DNA from: Candidatus Allochristensenella caecavium
GTDB taxonomy: Bacteria > Bacillota > Clostridia > Christensenellales > QAND01
Direction of reading: 5' to 3'
DNA length: 64,000 nucleotides
NCBI GenBank assembly: GCA_904397865.1
Contig: CAJFOS010000013.1
Location: 1 to 64,000 of the forward strand
Under the pieces are notes generated by a model. That model saw only the letters and a program-made list of their open reading frames with translations, was not told the origin of the DNA and made no database searches. The translations under genes were made by a program, and so were the position numbers. Positions 1 to 8,768 of this stretch are shown here, piece by piece; positions within the stretch are counted from its first letter, which is position 1, and the number at the start of each line of letters is the position of its first letter.

Positions 1-173
1 ATATAATTTAAAATAAAATTGATATATCAGTTTTTTCTCCTATTGATAAGAAAACATAACAAAAGAGGAATGGAACGAAATTGTCTGATTTTCCGCGCAA
101 GGTAAAGCCGGTGATGCAACAAACCAAAGGCCTCACAAATATGAAATGAAGGCAGTCGGTGAGATTTTCAGAA

Positions 174-204
174 AGTAACCGGTAGAAATGTCGGTTACTT
201 TTTT
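174..204 (+). terminator. Rho-independent terminator of an upstream gene outside the window
   Basis: GC stem gtaaccg/cggttac with a 4-6 nt loop, followed by TTTTTT, immediately before the kinase gene RBS. Confidence 0.5.
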
Positions 205-226
205 GATAAGAGTGAGGTGAGACCGT

Positions 227-1513
227 ATGAGTGAACTGAGGTATGCCAATATCGCGCTGGATATTTTCAGCATGATGCTATCCTCGCTGCCCGTTATTTA
301 TCTGATTAGCAACCATCGATATCGGCTAAAGCTGAATCAATATTTTTTGGGAATATGTCTTTCGAATATTCTCATGACAGTGGGAGACTTGGGGGACTGG
401 ATGATGCCCGCCGTCATCACGCTATCGGATAGGGTGACGCTGATGGTTCTTACGGTTCTCTATTATGCGGCCTCTGCATTTATCTTATATTTTTTTATAC
501 GGTATATCATAGAATACCTGCAACTGAGAGGGCGTGTAAAACAGGCATGCTTGCTTTACACAATATGCCTTTGCAGCGTACAGATTATTTTTGCCGCAAT
601 AAGCCCGTTTACCGGTTCGATTTTTCGTGTTACGGTTGACGGATATCAACGCGGTCCGTTGTTTTTGTTATCACAGTTCATCCCGTTGTTTTGCTATATT
701 CTTTGCATCGTGCTGGTGATTGCCTATCGAGATAAGCTTTCGCGGCGGGAAACGATGTTCTTTTTGCTCTATATCTTTCTTCCGTTGGGCAGCGGTACTG
801 CCCAGATGGCCATGCGAGGAATTGCCGTAGTCAATGCAAGCCTCACCATTGCCATGTTATTGATTTTAATGAATATTCAATTTGAACATGAGGTGGCGAT
901 GAAAGAGCAGGAAAAGGAGCTGGCCGAACGGCATATTGATGTCATGCTCAGCCAGATACAGCCCCATTTTCTATATAATTCGCTAAGTGTTATCTATCAT
1001 TTGTGCGAAGAAAATCCTGGAAAGGCGCAAAAGTCCATCAAAGAATTTTCCGCATTTCTGCGCGGAAATATGAATAGTTTGAAAGCCCGCAAACCGATTC
1101 CGTTTGAAACGGAACTCAACCATGTTATGAATTACCTTTATTTGGAACGGCAGCGGTTTCAGGAACGGCTGCATGTGGTCTGCCAGATACAGACGACGGA
1201 TTTTTACATTCCGCCTTTAACGCTCCAACCGCTGGTAGAAAATGCCGTGCAGCACGGGATTCTCAACAAAGACGAAGGCGGCACTATTTCCATCTGTACA
1301 AACAGGACGGCGGAATATGCCATTGTGACCATCATGGATAACGGAATTGGTATGGAAAAGGCGAAGACCTATACGGCGCATGGCGCGCACGCCCACATCG
1401 GGATTGAAAATGTCCGCCAGCGATTGAAAAGCATGGTCAACGGCACATTGGATATTGAAAGCAATGAACGTGGAACAGTGGTTACGCTGCAAATTCCGTG
1501 GACGGGGAGATAG
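227..1513 (+). CDS. Sensor histidine kinase, LytS/YehU-type, multi-TM N-terminus
   Basis: About 6 hydrophobic helices N-terminal. QIQPHFLYNSLSVI matches the His_kinase (PF06580) phospho-His motif. C-terminal GHKL ATPase motifs (ENAVQHG, DNGIGM, GTVVTLQIP). RBS GAGGTGAG upstream. Confidence 0.85.
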   Translation: MSELRYANIALDIFSMMLSSLPVIYLISNHRYRLKLNQYFLGICLSNILMTVGDLGDWMMPAVITLSDRVTLMVLTVLYYAASAFILYFFIRYIIEYLQLRGRVKQACLLYTICLCSVQIIFAAISPFTGSIFRVTVDGYQRGPLFLLSQFIPLFCYILCIVLVIAYRDKLSRRETMFFLLYIFLPLGSGTAQMAMRGIAVVNASLTIAMLLILMNIQFEHEVAMKEQEKELAERHIDVMLSQIQPHFLYNSLSVIYHLCEENPGKAQKSIKEFSAFLRGNMNSLKARKPIPFETELNHVMNYLYLERQRFQERLHVVCQIQTTDFYIPPLTLQPLVENAVQHGILNKDEGGTISICTNRTAEYAIVTIMDNGIGMEKAKTYTAHGAHAHIGIENVRQRLKSMVNGTLDIESNERGTVVTLQIPWTGR

Positions 1514-1525
1514 GAGGCGAGCACG

Positions 1526-2332
1526 ATGCGTTTTTTAGCGGTAGACGACGAAATCTATATACTGGAAGAAATGGTCAAAATCCTCCGCCGTGTCCAGCCC
1601 AAAACGGAAGTGCTGTCCTTTACGCGCCCGGATGAAGCGATTCGGGCGGCTGAGCGACAAACAATTGATGTTGCGTTTTTAGACATCCATCTGGGGAAAA
1701 TGTCCGGTTTGGAGCTTGCAGTGAGACTCAAAAATATCAAGCCGGATATGCACATTATTTTCGTAACGGGCTATCAGGAATACGCTGTGGATGCATTCCG
1801 CATGCATGCAACGGGATATCTGCTCAAGCCGGTGGATGAAAATGATGTAAAGCGGGAATTAACGTTTATTTACGAGGAAGCCCCCCAGAGAAAGAGGATA
1901 TCGGTACAAACCTTTGGCGGATTTGAACTGTTTGTAGACGGACGGCCAGTTCATTTCGGCCGTGCGAAATCCAAAGAGCTGCTGGCCTACCTGGTGGACC
2001 ATCGGGGGGCAGTCGTTACGGCGGCGGAAGCGCGAGCTGCGCTGTTTGAGGAAATGGGGAATACTGGTACGTCCAAGAGTTACTTTCATCAACTGGTGTA
2101 TGAACTAAAAAATGCCTTAAAGAAGGCAGGGGCGTCGGAAATCCTTACCAAAGGATTTAATGGCTATGCCGTTGTCCCGGAAAAATTTGACTGCGATTAT
2201 TACCGGCTCCTGCAAGGGGACCCAATTGCCATTAATCAATACCAGAATGATTATATGCCGTTATATAGTTGGGGAGAAGCGCACAACGCCGAACTCTGGC
2301 TCAAGCATGTATATGCCACCCCGCCTGAATAA
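1526..2332 (+). CDS. Response regulator: receiver domain plus OmpR/SARP-type winged-helix DNA-binding domain
   Basis: Receiver signature (VDDE...DIHL...K). C-terminal FGGFELFVDGRPVHFGRAKSKELLAYLV...LWL pattern typical of trans_reg_C/SARP wHTH. 13-nt gap to the kinase gene, so an operon. Confidence 0.8.
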   Translation: MRFLAVDDEIYILEEMVKILRRVQPKTEVLSFTRPDEAIRAAERQTIDVAFLDIHLGKMSGLELAVRLKNIKPDMHIIFVTGYQEYAVDAFRMHATGYLLKPVDENDVKRELTFIYEEAPQRKRISVQTFGGFELFVDGRPVHFGRAKSKELLAYLVDHRGAVVTAAEARAALFEEMGNTGTSKSYFHQLVYELKNALKKAGASEILTKGFNGYAVVPEKFDCDYYRLLQGDPIAINQYQNDYMPLYSWGEAHNAELWLKHVYATPPE

Positions 2333-2397
2333 AAAGCAATATCCGTTCATCGGGGAACCAATGGCAGGGTAGCTGCATCAGCGCACCATTGCCGGCA

Positions 2398-2436
2398 AGC
2401 AAAAGCTCCGGGAGAAACTCCTCGGAGCTTTTGCTT
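2398..2436 (+). terminator. Rho-independent terminator after the two-component pair
   Basis: Inverted repeat aaaagctccggg-agaaac-tcctcggagctttt followed by a T-rich tail. Confidence 0.55.
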
Positions 2437-2523
2437 ATTGTGATTTAACCGGCGGATTTGTAAGGGTTTTGTGATGCGCGGTCAGTAGAATGAAATTGTA
2501 TAAGCAAAGAAGTGGGGGATACC

Positions 2524-3516
2524 ATGACAATTTTGCTCGTTGACAGCGATAAAAGGGCGCTGGACCGGGAAGCCAAACGCCTGGCGGACCAGCAATCTGC
2601 CGCCATGGTTGTCCTGCACAGCAACGCCAACGATGCCTTGAAATTTGCAATGTATCATGATGTGCATATTGTTTTTACAAGACCCGCACTGGTGGAGATG
2701 TCCGGCCAAGAATTGATTGAAAAAATACTTCGCTTCAAGCCGGAAGTGGAATGCCATATGCTCGCACAGGGCGAGGAAGTTCCGCTTGTGTACTTTCTGG
2801 GTAAAGACAAAGATGCGTTCCGTTCCGAGAACGTAAGTGACAGCCACACAAAGATGAATGATACAAAAGGTGAAATGCATACAATCAAGAATAAGAAGAG
2901 GTCGGGAAACGATTCTCCTCAAGAGGGGCAAAAGAAAGGCGATACACATATGACGGAACGGCAGTTACGCAGTTTGGGCAGAAAAGAACTTTTGGAAATG
3001 ATGATTGAACAGGGAAAAGAACTGGAGTTTGTCAAATCGGAACATGCAAAAGATTTGGAATTTGTAAAAGCGGAGCACGAGAAAGAAATAAATGCGTTAA
3101 AACAAGAGCTGGAGAAAGCCCGCGCAGCCCTGCAGAACCGGGAAATCGCTATCAATGAAGCGGGCTCGATTGCGGTGGCGGCCCTTCAGATAAACGGGAT
3201 TTTTGAAGCGGCGCAGGCCGCGAGCCAGCAATATATCGAAAATATCCGTACGCTCAATGACCGGCAGGCGGCGCTCTGTGCCCAGCGGGAGGAAGCAAGC
3301 CGGGCCGAAGCCGAACGGCGGCTGAGAGAGACGGCCGCCAAATGTAAGACCATGGAGGCGGCGTGCCGGGACAAATGCGCGGCGATGGAACGCGATGCAC
3401 AACAGCGTTCGGAAGCATACTGGACGGAGGTTTCCAAACGCCTGCAATCATTCTATGAGAATCATCAGGAGCTGAAAAAACTCCTGGGTTATAGCATCCC
3501 AGGGATTCAAATATAA
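2524..3516 (+). CDS. Hypothetical protein: degenerate (pseudo-)receiver domain fused to a long coiled-coil
   Basis: N-terminal 100 aa align to the upstream receiver (ILLVDSD...VHIVFTRPALVEMSGQEL), but the phospho-acceptor Asp position is T/R. Low-complexity linker, then a heptad-rich coiled coil with the tandem repeat ELEFVKSEHAKDLEFVKAEHEKE. RBS GTGGGGGA. Confidence 0.6.
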   Translation: MTILLVDSDKRALDREAKRLADQQSAAMVVLHSNANDALKFAMYHDVHIVFTRPALVEMSGQELIEKILRFKPEVECHMLAQGEEVPLVYFLGKDKDAFRSENVSDSHTKMNDTKGEMHTIKNKKRSGNDSPQEGQKKGDTHMTERQLRSLGRKELLEMMIEQGKELEFVKSEHAKDLEFVKAEHEKEINALKQELEKARAALQNREIAINEAGSIAVAALQINGIFEAAQAASQQYIENIRTLNDRQAALCAQREEASRAEAERRLRETAAKCKTMEAACRDKCAAMERDAQQRSEAYWTEVSKRLQSFYENHQELKKLLGYSIPGIQI

Positions 3517-3529
3517 ACGGAGTGCCGGT

Positions 3530-4114
3530 ATGAAACGCAAATCAATCACCTGTTTGCCCACGGTACAGCAACTGGAGCAGGAACTGAAACGGGAAGCCTA
3601 TCGGAAGCGGTATCGGAGAATGTTGGGCAGTACGATTTCGACGCTCATCGTTGTGGCGGCGGCTGTCGTGCTGATATCCCATCTTTTGCTGCCCATCCTG
3701 CGGATTTACGGTACGTCGATGACGCCGACTCTGACGGACGGCAACATTGTTGCAGCTATAAGAAAAGGTTCCTATGAGCGCGCAGACATCATCGCTTTTT
3801 ATTACAATAACAAAATTCTGGTAAAACGTGTGATTGGCTTGCCGGGGGAATGGATAGACATGGATGAAAACGGCAATGTGAGCATCAACGGGCAAACCTT
3901 GCAGGAGCCGTATTTGAAAGAAAAAGCGTTCGGGGAATGTGATATCCAGTTCCCTTACCAGGTGCCTGACAGCCGATATTTTGTCATGGGAGACCATCGC
4001 AGTGTTTCCAGCGATTCCCGTAACAGCGATGTAGGGTGTGTGTCAGAGGAGGATATCGTGGGGACGTTGGTCTTTCGGCTCTGGCCGCTGAACGAATTGG
4101 GCGAGATTGAATAG
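3530..4114 (+). CDS. Signal peptidase I, SipW/archaeal-ER type, pilus-associated
   Basis: N-terminal TM. Box B GTSMTPTL (Ser nucleophile). Box D VMGDHRSVSSDSR (His general base, SipW type). Sits immediately upstream of the pilin genes, as SipA/LepA does in streptococcal pilus islands. Confidence 0.8.
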   Translation: MKRKSITCLPTVQQLEQELKREAYRKRYRRMLGSTISTLIVVAAAVVLISHLLLPILRIYGTSMTPTLTDGNIVAAIRKGSYERADIIAFYYNNKILVKRVIGLPGEWIDMDENGNVSINGQTLQEPYLKEKAFGECDIQFPYQVPDSRYFVMGDHRSVSSDSRNSDVGCVSEEDIVGTLVFRLWPLNELGEIE

Positions 4115-4134
4115 TTTTGGGAGGGAGGTTTGCC

Positions 4135-7100
4135 ATGAAACCACAGGATAAACAAAATAAAATCCAGGAATATATACGGGAACACAAGTTGAGAAAACGC
4201 TGGCATAAGCTGACCGCTGTCCTGGCGGCAGCAGCGATTGTGGTAACGACTACCGTTATGGTTCTGCCGGCTCTTACCCTGGAGAACGGCCCGAAAGTGC
4301 TGGCGTGCCAGCTGAATCTCCATACCCATATTGCCAGCTGTTATGACGAATCGGGCAGCCTTGTTTGCGGATATGCGGATTTTGTTGCACATGTTCATAA
4401 CGAATCCTGCTACGCCGAAGACGGAACGTGCATTTGTTCGCTGGAAGAAATCCGGCCTCACACGCACGATGAATCATGCTACCAGGAAACACTCGCCCAA
4501 GTGTGTGGATTTGATGGTGAGGAGCATGCGCATACGGATGCTTGCTATATGATGGCGGACGAATTGGTTTGCGGGCAGGAAGAAACAGCGCCGCATGCCC
4601 ATACGGAAGATTGCTATGATGCGAATGAGGGCCTGGTTTGCAAACAATCGACAGACGCACATGTCCATACGGAACAATGTCATGCGCGTTCTGAGGAGCC
4701 AATCTGCGGCAAGGACGAGCAAATACATACGCATACCGACGCCTGTTATGAAGCCCATAGGGAATTGGTTTGCGGCAAAGAGGAAATCGTTTTGCATACC
4801 CACACTGCCAGCTGCTTTGATGCGGACGGCAAGCCGGTTTGCGGCAAGATGGAAGTCAGGGAACATATCCATGACGCCAGCTGCCTTCCTGCTGAAATCA
4901 AAACGGACAAACAAACAAGCTGGGCGACGGTGGATAAGAACGGATTCAAGGCTGCAAGAAGGCGCACTGCCGCCACAAACGCCTTGCGCGCGGCGCAGAG
5001 CGTGGACTTCACGCAGTATATTACACAAATGTCCCTTTCCAAAGCGGTTGATGGACAATGGGTACCGGTTACAGAGGTCACGACCGGCGATTCCATCCGG
5101 CTGAACATCCACTACACGATTCCAGAAAATGTGGTGGGGCCGGATTCTCGGGTGATTCACTACCAGCTGCCCAAGGGAATCGGGCTGGAGGAACAGGCAA
5201 CCGGACCGGTCACCATCGAAGGCAGTTATGCCGGCGAATACGTGATACAACCGGGAGGACTTATCCAGATTACCTTCACCCAGGCATTTGCCGACAACCG
5301 CCCCTTTACAGGGGAGCTGGAATTCCAAGGCATTGTTACCGCCACTGGCCAGGAAGGAGAAGAAGAAATTGATTTGGGCACTGCCGGCGGCACGGTCACG
5401 GTAAAACCGGATGAGGAGGCAACCGACCTTACCGTGGCCAAAGAAGGATGGTATGACAAGGAAAATAATCTTATTTACTACAGCATCACGGTGTCCAGTG
5501 AACAGGGAACGGATGGGCCGCTGACAATGGAAGATGCCTTTATGCATCAGCCGGATTATGGGGTTGTCAATTATAAAGAGGTAGTTGAATTCTATAAGCT
5601 GAATGCCGATGGAACCAAAACCCATCCCTTGGATGAGCAAAGCCTCTTGGCACTTTTGCATATAAGTGGCCAGACACCGGACAAAACCGCCTCTTTCACG
5701 CTGGGGCCCTTGCCGGCTTTAGGGGCTGGAGAATCGTATGTGTTTGCCTATACCGCTGAACCGGACCTGAATGTATCCGGCGACGCAAACGGCTATACGC
5801 AGTTTGCCAACACAGCGGTAGCCCATGACGACAGCCATTCCGCCCAAGCCAGTGTGAACATCAAAGTATCGGATACAATGGTTCACAAGGAAGGCGTATA
5901 CGACCCGTTGACGCAGAAAATCAAATGGTCGATTTATCTCAACGAGAGCCAGCGGGACATCGGCGGGCTGCGGCTGGAGGACACGCTTACCTACACGGCC
6001 AACGGACAGATATACACGGCGGATTTGCCGGAGACTGTCCAGATTGAACTGTTCCGGGATTACCAGCCGCTGGGGATTGTTGAAAACATATCGATTCCAT
6101 TCACCTTCCCGGAAAATTCCAACGTACAGTATCTGGTTACTTATGAAACGGAGATGCCGGCCAATCTCCCAGATGGAAGCTATGTTACTTTCCACAATAC
6201 GGTGCGGCTGGGAAGGTACGAGGTGGAAATTGACGTTGACGGTTACGCCCCCGGCGATTATGGGGTGATAAAGGGAATGACGGACGCCGATTCAGATACG
6301 GGCATTGTGGAATGGGCCGCGTCTATCGCACACCCGACACCCCTGGATATTCAAAAGCTGCACTATGTGGATTGGATTCCCAATCTGCTTCTGGCAGACG
6401 GCACATTTTTGCCGGGTAGCCATTACACTACCCCGCGGCTTCTGGCCGATTCGCTTCGGATTCAGGCGGTGGAGGGAGCGTTTCTGCAATACGGAACCGA
6501 CTATACGCTGCAGGCAGTCTCCAAAGCAGACGTTGAAGCCCTGATGGAGGAACTTAACCTGACGGATGAGAACCTGACCTGGGCAGTGCAGGAACTTTCA
6601 TATGAAGAGCTGTCGCAATACTTCCGCCTGCAGCCTATCGGAAGCTTTGAGCAGGATGAACCGCTTGGGCTGTTCTCCATCGAATTTCAGACGAGCGCCA
6701 TAGGGAAAATCGGCGAAGCCAGTCTTTTGCTTACCTACCACACGCAAGTGAATGTGAGCAATTTACCCGCAGGGGTTGAACGGGCGACGGTGGGGAATCT
6801 GGGGCGAATTCCGGATGGCTATATGCTGGCGCGGGGCAACATGTCCTTTGGTGCGAGGCTGAATAAACAGGCCAGCCAGACCGGTATCCCTGAGGCGGGC
6901 AAGGATTCCAGCTCCTATACCGATGTTCCGCTGACCGTCCATTCAGGCGATACAGATGGAATCCTACACTACCGAATCCTGATTTCCGATTATAGCAAAT
7001 ATAACGATGAGAATGCAGTCACGGTGACGGATACGCTGCCGGCCGGGGCCAAGCTTGTAAAGGATTCAGTCGTCTTGCGCAGCCATCCCAACGGGTTTAA

Positions 7101-8700
7101 CACCTTCGATGTCCAAACGACGGACCCCTGGTATATAGCGCAAGTTTCCACAGTTGAAAACCCGGACGGAACGACGGCGGTCACTTTCTTCATCTCGCAT
7201 ATCAAGGACCTAAGCGGAGCTCCCTTCGGCATCTACTATGACGTTTCCGTTGCGCAAGACGGAGAACTTATCAGCAGCGGCGAAAAGCAATATACCAACA
7301 CCGTGGCCTGGGATGGGGAAACCGACAGCACGACCACCACGGTAAAACACACCTTGCCCCGTCTGGAAAAGGTGGGAGAGCGGCTCCAAGCGGCGGAGGG
7401 GGCGGAAGAGCTTTCCGACAGGTTGCGCTACTATGTCACTATCAACCCGACGGGCGAACGGCTGAATCCGTATGACAACCACCTGACCTTGGAGGATGTG
7501 CTGAGCATCCCGGCTGGCAGCAGTGCGAGTTTTCCGCCGGATAGCGTAAGGCTTTACCGCTATAATTCAGCCGATGCGGAAAACCACTTCTGCGGGGAAG
7601 CCATCGACCCGTCGCTGTATTCCGCCGAGTACGATGGTGCGACACGGACGATTACGTTCACAATACCGGACCGGACCGCCTGCGTCCTGGTTTATGACTA
7701 TATCATTGACCGTGGAACAGCCGCCGGGGATTTGAACATCTTTAACACGGTAAAACTCAGCGGGCATGGGGAATTCTCTTCCGAATCGGGAATCGTTATG
7801 GAAGAGGAACAATCCTCCGCCACGGTGAATAAGGCGACGGTGACGATTTATAAGCACGAAAGCGGCAACTCGCTGCATCTGCTGCCTGGAGCAACGTTCC
7901 GGCTGGAACGATATGAACAGACCGGCGCTGGATACGAATGGCGGCAGACCTCCGCCACGGCGACAGGTGCGGGCGGATTGTTCGTAGTCGGTGAGGAAGG
8001 CAAGATTGTGCTGAGCTTTGTGAACGAAACCTCGCTGTACAATACGCTGTACCGCCTGCAGGAGATTGACGCCCCGGATGGGTATTTGAAGAGCGACGCC
8101 ACGTACTACTTTATCTGGGGTGAGCGGGGCGAGACAAAAGAGGCGGCGCTTGCGCGGATGCAGGAAAACGGAGCGCTGGGCAATGTGCCCCTGGAACAGA
8201 TTGGCTTTGTTGCTTTTTCCACCTCCCATGCCATCTATGTTCCCAATGAGCCCGATGCGTTGACCGTCGTCAAGACATGGCGCAACGACGCGGGCGAGGT
8301 TTTAGAACAAGCGCCGATAGGGGAGGTTACCATCCAGCTGTACCAGTGGAAGGACGGCGTGAAGACCGCCTATGGCAATCCGGTGGAACTAAATGCCGGA
8401 AACGGCTGGTCGTATACCTGGAATGCGCTGCCCAAAGTGGATGGGGACGGGAAATCTTATCATTACACGGTGGAGGAAGACCCCTTATCCGGTTTCCAGA
8501 TTGCATATGTCAACAATGAAGGCGTTCAGACTGGGATGATTGAGGTCGTCAATACGCAAAACGAATATGTCCTGCCGGAAACCGGTGGAGCGGGGCCAAG
8601 GTTCTTTTTCCTTGCAGGGCTGCTTCTTGCCGGAGCGTCTGCCGCCGGATACGTATATTTGAGGCGCAGACATCGGAAGGAGGGAATGCCCCTTCAATAA
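4135..8700 (+). CDS. Pilus tip adhesin / LPXTG surface protein with N-terminal Cys/His-rich tandem repeats
   Basis: Signal/TM segment. About 9 tandem H-x-H...C-Y...L-V-C-G units (aa 64-256). Central beta-rich region. E-box-like YRLQEIDAPDGY. C-terminal CnaB/SpaA-type isopeptide domain (VVKTWRND...YHYTVEE). LPETGG, hydrophobic span, then RRRHRK tail. The ORF track starts at TTG 4117; ATG 4135 follows RBS GGGAGGGAGG. Confidence 0.85.
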   Translation: MKPQDKQNKIQEYIREHKLRKRWHKLTAVLAAAAIVVTTTVMVLPALTLENGPKVLACQLNLHTHIASCYDESGSLVCGYADFVAHVHNESCYAEDGTCICSLEEIRPHTHDESCYQETLAQVCGFDGEEHAHTDACYMMADELVCGQEETAPHAHTEDCYDANEGLVCKQSTDAHVHTEQCHARSEEPICGKDEQIHTHTDACYEAHRELVCGKEEIVLHTHTASCFDADGKPVCGKMEVREHIHDASCLPAEIKTDKQTSWATVDKNGFKAARRRTAATNALRAAQSVDFTQYITQMSLSKAVDGQWVPVTEVTTGDSIRLNIHYTIPENVVGPDSRVIHYQLPKGIGLEEQATGPVTIEGSYAGEYVIQPGGLIQITFTQAFADNRPFTGELEFQGIVTATGQEGEEEIDLGTAGGTVTVKPDEEATDLTVAKEGWYDKENNLIYYSITVSSEQGTDGPLTMEDAFMHQPDYGVVNYKEVVEFYKLNADGTKTHPLDEQSLLALLHISGQTPDKTASFTLGPLPALGAGESYVFAYTAEPDLNVSGDANGYTQFANTAVAHDDSHSAQASVNIKVSDTMVHKEGVYDPLTQKIKWSIYLNESQRDIGGLRLEDTLTYTANGQIYTADLPETVQIELFRDYQPLGIVENISIPFTFPENSNVQYLVTYETEMPANLPDGSYVTFHNTVRLGRYEVEIDVDGYAPGDYGVIKGMTDADSDTGIVEWAASIAHPTPLDIQKLHYVDWIPNLLLADGTFLPGSHYTTPRLLADSLRIQAVEGAFLQYGTDYTLQAVSKADVEALMEELNLTDENLTWAVQELSYEELSQYFRLQPIGSFEQDEPLGLFSIEFQTSAIGKIGEASLLLTYHTQVNVSNLPAGVERATVGNLGRIPDGYMLARGNMSFGARLNKQASQTGIPEAGKDSSSYTDVPLTVHSGDTDGILHYRILISDYSKYNDENAVTVTDTLPAGAKLVKDSVVLRSHPNGFNTFDVQTTDPWYIAQVSTVENPDGTTAVTFFISHIKDLSGAPFGIYYDVSVAQDGELISSGEKQYTNTVAWDGETDSTTTTVKHTLPRLEKVGERLQAAEGAEELSDRLRYYVTINPTGERLNPYDNHLTLEDVLSIPAGSSASFPPDSVRLYRYNSADAENHFCGEAIDPSLYSAEYDGATRTITFTIPDRTACVLVYDYIIDRGTAAGDLNIFNTVKLSGHGEFSSESGIVMEEEQSSATVNKATVTIYKHESGNSLHLLPGATFRLERYEQTGAGYEWRQTSATATGAGGLFVVGEEGKIVLSFVNETSLYNTLYRLQEIDAPDGYLKSDATYYFIWGERGETKEAALARMQENGALGNVPLEQIGFVAFSTSHAIYVPNEPDALTVVKTWRNDAGEVLEQAPIGEVTIQLYQWKDGVKTAYGNPVELNAGNGWSYTWNALPKVDGDGKSYHYTVEEDPLSGFQIAYVNNEGVQTGMIEVVNTQNEYVLPETGGAGPRFFFLAGLLLAGASAAGYVYLRRRHRKEGMPLQ

Positions 8701-8768
8701 CGCATGCCCCACGAATGTGAAATAACCTAAGGCGACCATGTTTCAAACAAAGGGAGGAGAATATTTCC

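Noticed and set aside
80-204. Two micro-ORFs (MERNCLIFRAR and MKAVGEIFRK) before the terminator upstream of the kinase gene
   Set aside because: 10-11 codons only. One has an AAAAGAGGA RBS, but they cannot be distinguished from chance. Could be a leader or signalling peptide, but unsupported.
4474-5661. 395-aa ORF on the minus strand inside the tip adhesin gene (also 5719..6195 and 7567..8229)
   Set aside because: Antisense to a strongly supported 1521-aa gene with signal peptide, repeats and LPXTG. No RBS. High-GC third-position artefact.
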